NCBI GenBank assembly: GCA_964035545.1
Contig: OZ037770.1
Span: 3,132,662 to 3,196,661, forward strand
From: Bugula neritina
Taxonomy: Eukaryota > Animalia > Bryozoa
Direction: 5' to 3'
DNA length: 64,000 bases
The stretch's first letter is position 1, and every line of letters starts with the position of its first letter. Under the pieces are notes generated by a model. That model made no database searches. It worked only from the letters and a program-made list of their open reading frames with translations, and was not told where the DNA came from. Made by a program: the position numbers and the translations under genes. Positions 1 to 11,026 of this stretch are shown piece by piece.

Positions 1-28
1 TTTCATAAAACATAAAAAGTTTATTTAC

Positions 29-2381
29 CTTTCAAAACCAGGCTTCAAAGGCTCACTGTACTGTAAAAACAATAATATTAACTTATTAGGTAATAATAGC
101 ATATTAAACCATAATAACATATTAAATCATAAAAACACATTAAACACAATTGATTCTGTGACTTAAAGGCAAAGGTGCACTACAGGTAATTACCAAAATT
201 ACTTTTGATGTAAATTTAATTCAATTGATACAAAAATATAATGAGAAAACAAATGAACTAAGCCTACTTAACTTGGAAGCCTTAGTGCACCTCATTGGTT
301 ATTCAACTAATCACCTAACCATGATATAATTTGACTACAAAGAATCACAGTCTAATTTGCAGTAGCCTGTGATGAATTAGTCAACAAATTAGATCAGATA
401 ACTCCAAGTCAATCTGCACCGACATAATTTCAACGAGCCAGTAAATAGTACTAATATTGCATCTATAAATTCATACTCATGTAAGAAAGAAAAAAAATTA
501 TTGAAGTAAAAATTAATACTTGAACAGTTGTAATAAATTGAAGTTGTTGGTTTTTGTAAAATCAATTAATTCTAAGGTGGCCAGAAAAATTTTGGTTTTT
601 AGACAAGCTAACCCTTAGTAAATTAGAGGCAGCAATGTTAGTGCTGCCTAGAAGTGAAGGACAAAACCTGCTACCCACCTGATATCTCTCTGAATGAATT
701 ATCAAAGGCTTCTCTCTCGGGATTATCTGAGATTTGTCAAAAAACATATCTTGATGCCGTCTCAGCACCGGCACCATCTTTAACAGTGTAGAAGACCTGC
801 CGGACACAAGAGTTGAAATGAGCAAAATCGAATAAAATGAACTGGAACCAATACAGCATGCAGGGAATTTTTCTGGACAAGTAAAACCTGAATTGATATA
901 TGATATTCATAATGACACACCAAACTTTGAACTTAAATTCTTTCATTGTAAAATGAATATATAAATTACGGATTCTTTTCTCAACAGTTAGAAAACACTA
1001 CAACTGAAAAATAATTCAAAATTAATAATTTAATTGTCTAAACATTTTTACAATTGCCAAATAAAAGTTCTCCTAACATTCCTATTGTATGACTAATTCT
1101 ATTTGAACCTGGATGTTGCCTACAGTTTAACCTAGATACTTTGGAAAACTGAACCTAAAAAGTTATTATTTAGTTCTCTAATAAATCTTTCATTAGTAAA
1201 TACAACATCAAGAAAAAATATTTTCAATTAAAATAAATAATCAACTGAAAAATTATAATAAAAACACATACTCAATCTGCTTAGTTGGTTACTGAAAATT
1301 GCATAGTAAATAAAATCTTAGCTATTATTTTATTTGTGTGAACAACTTACTTGAAATATTGTGGCTGGAAGGGCAGGGGGTCAAAAGAGGCTGACACATA
1401 GGCTAGTTGATTGACTGGTTGGGATTGAGACATCTTCGAACCAGCAAGGTGACGGATCTAAAGAAAATAGTCATAAGCATTTGAGTGCAACTTCACTAAA
1501 ATAATTGTAGTAGTTGATAATATAAATATAAGCTATATAATGCAGCTTGAATTAAAATAAATTATACAATTTTACTCTAAATTTAATATCGAAACATTAA
1601 TTATATTAAAGTTCACTATAAAGTAGATTTGCATTGCATAGTTAAATTTTGGGTTTCAAAAACCATATATTTACACTTTATACTCAAGAAGTTATATTTA
1701 TCTCAAATAAATTGAATAAGATAAATGATCAGCCAATAAAAGTACAATGTAATTTTTAATTAGGCCTACTGTGTTGCTAAAAAGAATGCCAGGTCTAATT
1801 GTATAGCACAGAAATGATGACTAAAGCTTTAATTCTTATACTCACAGTATTAATTATTTTGACATTTCCAATAAATCGCAAAAAATAGTTTGACTAAGAC
1901 TTCTAGTTCTAAACATGCACTCTGAGTCCGACATATGATATTCAAATAAAAATAAACGAAAGCAACTCTTCGGCTAAGAAACCTATTATATCAAAAAAGT
2001 CTTAGTTGAATCGAATTTATTCACAAACTAAAAGCAATGTGACTTACTAACCGAAGGAGGCAAGAGATTTTTGTGAGAACGTCGCTCTATTCTTATTCTT
2101 CCCATATCGATCGGTTCATCGTCACCAACTTGCGGAAGTAACGCATCCAAGGAAGAATTATTGCTTACTCTGCCCCCTGTAGCATCAAAACTTTTTGTAG
2201 ATGCATAGTTTATATTTTGTCTATTTGTATTGGTACTACTCTGACTGATTTGATGCTGTAACGACGCATCCTGATCACCATCATGGCTGTAGTCTGAAGA
2301 CAGTTTTGGTACACCTGTACCACGGTGAATGCTCGGAAGTGCTGCTGGGTAAGACCGGTGATCCATTTTCACACCATCCAT
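29..2381 (-). CDS. 5' part of a multi-exon gene running off the left edge; unknown product, probably ciliary (weak resemblance to an axonemal dynein heavy chain DNAH6/14-type N-terminus)
   Basis: Phase-compatible GT-AG exons 2381-2052 (MDGVKMDHRS...LLPPS), 1457-1351 (IRHLAGSK...PQYF), 796-679 (KSSTLLKMVPVLRRHQD...ERYQ) and 60-29 (YSEPLKPGFE) join in one open frame. An X-box lies 150 bp upstream. The product identity is only a guess. Confidence 0.7.
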
Positions 2382-2530
2382 TACAGCCTATCATCAATCA
2401 CTCTTTAAATTGACAAGAATCAGCCGGCCATAATGACCAATCTAGTCGGTCACACCGCCATCACCGACATTACCCAGCCTCGTGGCAACTGGCAATTACT
2501 AGAACTACTAACCAGAGCTCAATATGAACG

Positions 2531-2543
2531 GTTGCCCGGCAAC
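2531..2543. promoter_or_regulatory. RFX-binding X-box (GTTGCCCGGCAAC)
   Basis: Matches the palindromic consensus GTNRCC-N(0-3)-RGYAAC, inside a locally GC/CpG-richer patch just upstream of the first exon; extra GGCAAC half-sites near 2484 and 2585. Confidence 0.65.
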
Positions 2544-3099
2544 GAGCCGGGATAGTCCGATGCAACAGCGGTTTTGCAATAACAGGCAACTTATTTTACT
2601 AACATTTCAATACCGATAACGGCAAAGACAACTTTGAATTGTTTAAGCAGGCCTATTTGCTGGTTTCCGGTTATTCATTTTCACGTTGCATGATTCAAAT
2701 TGAGAAACCTATGCGCTTTTGAAATTGATGGATAGTTATTAGTTAAAAGTTAATAAATATGATAATAAAAATGCAGCGTCGACTCAACTATAATTTTGAA
2801 ATTGAGCTTGTACAACCTATTGTGGCTCGCATGTGCGTTATTTTAATTAAAGTCAATTACCAAGTAGATAGCTTCAATAAAAATTAAAATACACCTTGAC
2901 CTTATCATATTTTATTTTTAGTATTTACTATTACTATTAGTATTAGTATTCAGTGTTTATTTTTAGTCTAATGTTAGTGTAGACTAATCACTAATGTAAT
3001 CACTAATATAGAAATGATTAAAAATTTATTTTTGCGATTTAATACGTTAATACTAATACTAATAGTAATCATAATCATAATGACAATGTAAAATACATA

Positions 3100-3548
3100 G
3101 ATGAACTGAAGGGTCGTGAAAGTGTTACTGATCAGTGATGCCAGAAACCAGCTTGGGTTGAAAACGCTAGCCAGTCGTTAAAGACATCACTGAGTGGGAC
3201 TGCTTGTTAGAATCCTCGGGGATGAGGAACACCACAGCGCACTCTCGACCAGCTACGATGAAATTATGAAAAGCAGATCAAAGACCACCATGTACACTTG
3301 TGCTGCCAGCCGTGGACAACTGAATTCAATATATGCCTCATCAAGCGTTTTCCGAGACAGTTTCCTTCCCATGACAATACACGATATGCATCTATTACAA
3401 AATGCAACTGATGACTAATGTCAAAAGCATTACGCTGCAACTCCAGACCATAGTTTCTGCAACACCGTTTTTATTTAGCACACCTGAGGCGCTCCGCTTA
3501 TGCTTCTACCAATCTCGAGCATGAAAAGAATACAGAGGTAATAATAAT
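3100..3548 (+). mobile_element. Degenerate 3' end of a CR1/L2-type LINE (ORF2 C-terminus, 3' UTR, short TAA tail)
   Basis: Translation LKGRESVTD...LGLKTLASR...NSIYASSSVFRDSFLPMTIHDM, with stops and a frameshift, resembles the ORF2 C-terminus of the LINE at 30919 (KGWDVSVTE...NSISCNTNNFLHSFLIRTAREL). Confidence 0.65.
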
Positions 3549-4003
3549 ATTAATATGAATATCAATATGGTGGGTAAAACTTACAGTTTCAGTTTGAGTT
3601 ACTCTGACTCTGAGTACAAGTTAAAGTATAATTTTAGTCATTATTGATTGCTGCTACTGTTAGTGTTAGTATCAGTATTACTAATATTATTAGTATTAGT
3701 ATTACTCATTTACTGACTATATTAATGATTTAGTATAAGTATTACCGAGTCTGATAATGATACTCATCGCATTCACTGATGAGTGGTCATGCGGATGATC
3801 ATGATTAGACTGAATCATCAACCTGAAAGTTTAAGGTTAGGGTGCTTGTCTGGATATTTGTCTAAGCACTCACAAACATGCTAACAAGTTCTTTATAGAC
3901 CCTTTTCCAATTTTCGTCATACTTAATTTATATTTAGGTGCTGTCTCCTTAGCAGTGACTCACTTCAGCATCATCTTGAGTACCTAGTTTACTAATGCTA
4001 TTA

Positions 4004-4421
4004 GGGTCATTTTACTTAATTTAGTACACACTGGATATCTTCAGTTTTTGGCTATTTTTCACAATTTAGCTGGTAATGAACAGGGTTTTTTGGCCAAAAC
4101 TAATGAAACACCAATAAATACACCTAAAAAATCAAAGTTCTTTTTAATTTTGCTTTATTTCCCATATTTTTCCCTAATTATTCAGCTAGTTTTGGTTACG
4201 ATTTTTTCTTTTTTGTAACGGTCTGCACAATTAGAATATTAAGTGCATATGACAATGACCTGTGCTTTAATGTTGGGGAATCCCCTCCCAGCCTTTTCTG
4301 TTATGCGTAGTTAAAACCAGCACATAAAAATACCATGTATAGTAAATTTCAAATGATTTTGAGCAAACTTTAATGTTAGGTCATGTGTTGCTGGTGTGTA
4401 CTAAATGAAGTAAACTGACTC
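4004..4421. mobile_element. Non-autonomous TIR DNA transposon (MITE), Sola2-like termini
   Basis: Imperfect TIRs of about 28 bp (gggtcattttacttaatttagtacacac / gtgtgtactaaatgaagtaaactgactc), GRG termini, and a 4-bp direct repeat ATTA on both sides. Confidence 0.6.
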
Positions 4422-5819
4422 ATTACTCTGCATATTGTTATTTTGTTTATAATAGTTTTGCCATTAGATGCACTAGGCACAATTGTATGTTGATAAGATA
4501 AAAGATTTACTAATAGAAACAGTAGGTAAGGTTGTGTTTTTTAAAGTTATTCATAACACTCGAATTGCTTTCCAATCAAAACTCTGGTGTTATAAGTGGT
4601 GCATTTTGGACCCCAACCTCGTGTTATATTGGGCTGCATTTAGTCTGGGACAAAGAACATTAGCATTCAAAAATATTTATTTTATAGGTTTACAGAAAGA
4701 AGTTATAAAAAGTGATTTGCTTGCATGTTATGAATCTTTAAAGGACTACCTAATTTTCTAATACAATCGACTCCTATGTCAAATATAGCATTTAAAAGCT
4801 ATTTTAGTAGTATTTTTCACGAAAAAGTGATGACACATAATGCCTGAGAGATAATTCTTGTATGCCAAGCTTATTGATAAAAATATTATATTTGTCTGTT
4901 TAATATTAACATTGTCATCCAGTGCTATTTGTGATGTTATTCATGTAAGAGCACAGAGCTTTCTCATCGGAAGCTCAGCAGTAATGATTTTAATTTTATA
5001 TTTGCTGTTATGTCATCCTGTTTTTGTAGTAAAAAGTATGTATTGTTTCATTTAAGTTGAATATTGATGACAAGCCCTCGGACCTAGGTTAAAAGGAGAA
5101 AGTTGGTTAAATAATGCACCATTTAGTTTTCAATGAGGTGGAGAGTTTATTTACCCTGTATGACATTTTGTCTTGCTTTTCAGTGTGGCTTTCAAACATC
5201 TTATCTTCACTCCACATACGTGGGGTGATGCGCGTAGATTTGGTTTTTTGTTAAAAATTAAGCATACATAAAAGAAAAGCATTGTGAGTGTAATTCAGTT
5301 CATGTGCTATCTCATTTTCATTTACCTGAATTGTTATAAATTGAGGCAATGAATGTGGCAGTGGCTACCGGGAGCAATTCTCTGATCTTTAGGGTTGTTA
5401 CCTTATTATGTGCCATCTTGTTTTAAAACTTTACATGACACATGGAATTGGTTATTCAAGTATAAATAGTGATCTGTATTTATGTTTTATTGGCACATTT
5501 CCTCTAGAAGCATGCAGTGTATCAAATGCATAAATTTAATCTGATATTTTTTACCAATTAGTAAATTAGAAAAAAGAATTAGATTTTTGATGCTCAAAAC
5601 AAGCGTTAAGAGGCCAATGATGAAACACCAATTACTTCCTTGGACATGTCAATACCATTTTCGAACTAAACCATATGTTGTTTTTAGACTGCTTTTTAGA
5701 AAGTGAATCAAGGTTTTTATAGTTCATTAATCTGTCAGCGTGAGCATGCTTTTTAGTCTAAACAATAAATTTAAATGTATTTATATTGTGATTTAAAAAT
5801 TTTAATTTTGTTGGTCATT

Positions 5820-6252
5820 CACAGGCTTTTCATAGATCGATCTCAGTGAGATTCAAGTGACTAGTAAATCTTACTTTCATTAGTTATTTGCTGTGTAATT
5901 TCAAGCCTAACAATCCTCTAAGTTTATGAATAATGTGCAAGACAGCTATTAGTTTTATACAAACTACAAACTAAAAAATTAAATTTAATTATCATAAATT
6001 GGCCAAATTACTTTATTCTAAAGTCTAAAAGCTTTGCTGCGTATAGTTTATAGCTGGAGTTAATTTCTAGACTGCAACAATATTGTAGCTTTAATCGCTC
6101 AGGTGGGTGAAAAAATTATACTTAAAAAATTTATTCACTTAAGAGGAAGCAAGATCGATCTGTCATCATCATGAAAAAACGATCGATCTGAGCACAATTC
6201 TTAGATCGATCTTGGTGAGATTGATCTGAGATCGATCCATGGACAGCCAGTG
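5820..6252. mobile_element. MITE with imperfect TIRs of about 27 bp and internal GATCGATC repeats
   Basis: cacaggcttttcatagatcgatctcag at the left end is the imperfect inverse of ctgagatcgatccatggacagccagtg at the right end; no clear TSD. Confidence 0.55.
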
Positions 6253-8427
6253 ATAGAATACACTCGACCTAAAACTTTGTTATGCAAAGTAGTAAATATG
6301 AGATAGGCAATGTTAAATGATAAGAATAACTTCATGTCAGAATATATGCACCTCTTTGAATAACTGTGTTTAATGACTCTATTACTATATCAATGGCTTC
6401 AAGTGACTAAATCTAAGGACTAAAATATTTTACTATGGCTAACATAAACATAGTAATAGTCATGGTGATAGTCACACTGAATAATGGAATTGCAATGTCA
6501 TGGGTATTACTATTATAGTAAGGGTATGTTTATAAGTATGGCTATCATCATGAGTGTGATACTAATGGGCTAGTAGTTTGCTCAACAGCAACACTGCCAA
6601 AAATTATTTGGTTTGAGGATCAACGTTAGACCCCAAATCAACTAAAAGATATGATCAATTCCAGTATTTAATATTATGCAAGTCTTAGATAATAGTATTT
6701 AAATGAATTTGACAAATTTCTTATTGAAATTGATAACAACATGGATTTTTTAGGTGCTTGAGATACATTATGTGTTTATCTTTACAATAAGTGAAGCTAT
6801 ATCTTCTGACTAACAAATACTAACTCTTAATTTTACAACCAGTCTCTGTTGAATCCCTCTTTGGTCATAATGTTGTTTACACAAAGTACTTGCTTAAGTT
6901 TGAAATATGAGAATATTGGCACTACTTTGAATAACTGTGTGTAATGAAAAACTAGTAAAGCATACTGGTTGAGTTCAACTCTCACGGGGTTATAATAAGA
7001 CTCTTGGTGGTCACAGTATGTTATACACTGTTTTATTTAACATGGTTTCAGTTACTCAATACGATTTATGTTAAAGTCTTCAATACACTAGACATAGTAC
7101 CAACATTGGTGAATTTTCTGGAATTTATGAAAAGCTCATAGCCGTGCAACTAATGCTGACCCAAAGTCCCTCAAGAGAGCTAGACAATATTAATTAAATA
7201 GTAGTGCACCTTTTAGATATTTTACAATTTTTGTTCCAACAATAATATTTATAGTTCATGTAATGAAAGGGCAAAGCCATGCTATGAGACGGTTTCTATG
7301 ATTTAATATGTTTTGAAAAATATCATCAATTGATTATTTTACTCTAACAATAGCACAGCTAACTGAGCTCTGGTTATGAAACTGTTACTGTGCAGAGAGC
7401 TGAAAAAGTTATGAAGCTGAATAATTACTGATTTCTAAGATTATCACAAATTGTGAGCTTGTCGCATCTTTCTGGGAATCAAATGGAGGGGTGTGTTCAT
7501 AGTTTAATGTGCAAGTGTGAGCTGGCTATGTGCAGACTAGAGTGAAAGTGGGAGCGGCTTCTGTGATTAATATATAGAAAGTGTAGAGGCAGGTGATAGT
7601 TGTGACTCCGTCCTACTAATTGCTTGTCTCATTCTGACTTATTCTCAGGTTATTGCAGCAGACGGTCATTAATACTGAGCTATTTTTATTGATACCAATG
7701 AGAGAGGAGTTGTTTGGTAACAGTTGTCATGGTGATACAAGTGAATTTATTAAGCATTGCACAGCTTTCCAACTTTTCTCAATTATCCATATTTTCCGTT
7801 TTTTCTATACTGTCTCCCATTTGTCTGGTTGTTTTAATATTCCTGAAGAATGCATTTACAATATGCAGACATAAAAGCATAAGGATATTAGCAAGGATTT
7901 TCCGGACATTGCGGATACCATGGTGCACCAGAATCCTACTACAGTTATAGGTCTTTACTACACTCAGTGTATATACTCTGTTCATATACTATGTATATAA
8001 TGATAGTAAGCTAGCTAATTTGTTGTGTTGGATCTTCTTTAGCCCACATATTCTACTATTATATATATGTACTTGTATAATACATCATGTTCCCACGACT
8101 CCATATATCTGAGAAAATATGCTGATTATTTAGAGCATTTTATTGGTCACTATAAACTGCTGTTTAAAGAACAAATACTTTGATAATCTGTATTATGTGA
8201 AAAATGTTATGTTGAAAAATATGGGCGACTTCTACATTTATATTCTGTATTTTTATAACTAGATGGAATTCTCAGTGTTGTTTACATATTGCTGGGAGTT
8301 TTGCATTGGGAGTCATTTTCTTGAATATACTTTCCATAATAATATCACAAGAAATCTGCCCAATATTTTTAATTGTAAGTCTTTTGTATTTTAGTCTATT
8401 ACTTTAACTATGCGACGGTATGGTTGA

Positions 8428-9108
8428 CCCCCTATTCACACTTACCGTACCGTACGCCGTAACAGCAGATTTTAGCGATTTTTGTTAACATCCGGGCTAA
8501 ATCGTACCCCGGTATACGTTGCGGCGTTGATCAAGCAGTGCTTGATTCAAAAAATCACGGCGGGCGCCTATTGGGTAGAGTTGATCTGGTACTAAAATTT
8601 AAAGAACATTTTCGCTAGTTTATTTTAATCGCTTATTTTTGATTTAATTTAACCAATTCAAAAGTTTTAAAAATTAAAAAATCTTTATCCGGCTTGTTTG
8701 AATTAAACTCAGCTTAAAAATCTAGCTTTCCCTAATCACAAAATCAAGCAAACCAAAAACTTAAAAATGATTTGGACGGCTTAAATATTCATTATTTAAA
8801 TTAGTTTGCACAATTATTTTAAAAACGAATATATTTAAAAAAAGATTCTTTTCATGTAATTGCTTTTATTTAGTAAATAACATTTATATAACATCTTTTG
8901 ATAAGAATGTTGCGAATAATTTGTAAATAATATTCAAAGGCGTTCAAATCCCCGCAGACAAGAGTTGGCTTTATTATGATTGGTCACAGCTCAACGTCAT
9001 GCATTGTACTTTTACGGCAATGTGTGAACACCCGTTGACAAAATGCAACAGCGTCGCCATTTTATTTTTGCTGCTACGGCGTACGATACGATAAGTGTGA
9101 GTGAGGGG
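8428..9108. mobile_element. MITE with TIRs of about 40 bp, possibly PIF/Harbinger-type
   Basis: ccccctattcacacttaccgtaccgtacgccgtaacagca is the imperfect inverse of tgctgctacggcgtacgatacgataagtgtgagtgagggg; flanks TGA/TAA resemble a TWA target duplication. Confidence 0.7.
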
Positions 9109-9510
9109 TAAGGTGTCCGTAGCAGCTGTTGCTTTAGTAGAACCCATAGAAGTATTAGGAATTATCTTCCCTTCTTTGCCATACATAGCAAGGAAAGGGA
9201 GATAATTCTTCCCATTTGTAATTTGAAGACTGCAAATTGTCATCCTGCAACGATTTCAATTATAAATTGCTGTAATAATGCAACTTTCTGATTTATCAAA
9301 CAGAGGGTTGCTTTATTAATTGAAAGATTGTGGGCGGAGCCAAGTTTGCAAGACTCTATAGATGTTATTCTCACAGGTTTTCAGTCATTTTCACTTTATG
9401 TCAAAAGGGAGAAGGAAAATATTGGAGATAGTTTTAAAAAGGAGGGAAATAAGAACATCAGCAGTTGAAAATATGTGGAACAGAGTTGGAAGATTAGTCA
9501 GCATCAGCGC

Positions 9511-9770
9511 AGGGGAGAAAATAAACAGAAAGAGGGGAGAAAATAAACAGGAAGAAGAGAGAAAATAAACAGGAAAAGGAGAGAAAATAAACAGGAAGAG
9601 GAGAGAAAATAAACAAGAAGAAGACAGAAAATAAACAGGAAGAGGGGAGAAAATATACAAGAAGAGGGGAGAAAATATACAAGAAGAAGAGAGAAAATAA
9701 ACAGGAAGAAGAGAGAAAATAAGCAGGAAGAGGAGAGAAAATAAATAGGAAGAGGAGAGAAAGGTGAGAG
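9511..9770. repeat. Purine-rich minisatellite (21-23 bp unit, GAGAAAATAAACAGGAAGA core)
   Basis: About 11 direct tandem copies; explains the F/S/L-rich spurious ORFs at 9391-9815. Confidence 0.9.
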
Positions 9771-11026
9771 AAGAAATGTCAGAATTGAATGAGAAACAGT
9801 TATACTGAGAGTCATATTATAGATGTTGATTTGATAATGATCTTATATTTTATGTGTGTTGTTGACCGTCTCAGCGCTGTGTATAGACTATTATACTGAA
9901 GTTACACTGATTTATATTCTCTACTCTTATGTAATGATAGAGTTTCCCAATAATAATAAAATCAAACTATCAATGACAACTAGCCTTAATTATATATTAA
10001 AACTAGCTAGTACTGAGCATATTCAAGCAAGAATTCTCTAGAATAAATGTGTTTCTAAATTTGCATATTCTTCAATAAAAATAGTGAATACAGCATTAAA
10101 TAAGGGGGGGGGGAGAAAATGATAGCCAATATATGTTTCTGAGTTTATATATTCTGGAATAATGAATCAATGGAAAAGTATAATATTGTAAATAAAACCT
10201 GTTGTCAAATATGAAAATGATACAAAATATACAATAAAATATACTGCAATTTACAATACTATATGTTCTATGTACAAATAGCTACAGCAAAATAATATAC
10301 AGTAATTTACAAAAAGGAGTGAGTAAATAGCAAATAAAGAAATTTGCTACTAAATCACATTATTTCCTGACAATAAAGAATACAAAATTTGAAAAATTCA
10401 CATTAATGAATACAATGCAATGTGGTTTTCACAAACAGAAAAGTATACAAATGTAATATATAAAATATAATATATACAAATATAGAATATACAAAAGTGT
10501 GGACGGTTGCAAAAACTCTTAATTGACCTATATTTGCATGGACTATATGGAGAGTCTATAGTAATGTTTAGGAGTTGTGACCACTTAGCAGTTAGCAGAG
10601 AGAAAAAAACAACCAATAAACTCTGACTAGAAGAAACACTTATATACAAACAAACCAGAGCTAAATATTTTGCGAGGCGAGGAAGTTAGAAAGACCACAA
10701 TATACCCTCTGAGACAGACTGTATACAAGAATACACCTGGTAAATGACCTTTGAACTATGAGTCACTGCGACACTACATCATAGATTTGACCTGAGTAAA
10801 CTGAGTGTATTATTACCATGAGTATAGAAACAGAGAGACTGTAGCTTCTAGAAAATACCAGAATGTTCTAGAGATGAGTCATAGTAGAGAGAGTAGTCTG
10901 AGTTCTGTACAGAGAGTAGTCTGAGTTCTGTACAGAGAGACTAGAGTCTAGTTAATAGGAAGATGAGTAACACACAGAGTGGGGGGTCCTGTATATAAAT
11001 ACTGGTATCTTATATAGAACAGCTTC

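Noticed and set aside
2600-10650. A divergent plus-strand protein-coding gene
   Set aside because: Scattered short ORFs and splice-like sites do not join into a convincing frame; the region is dominated by MITEs and repeats.
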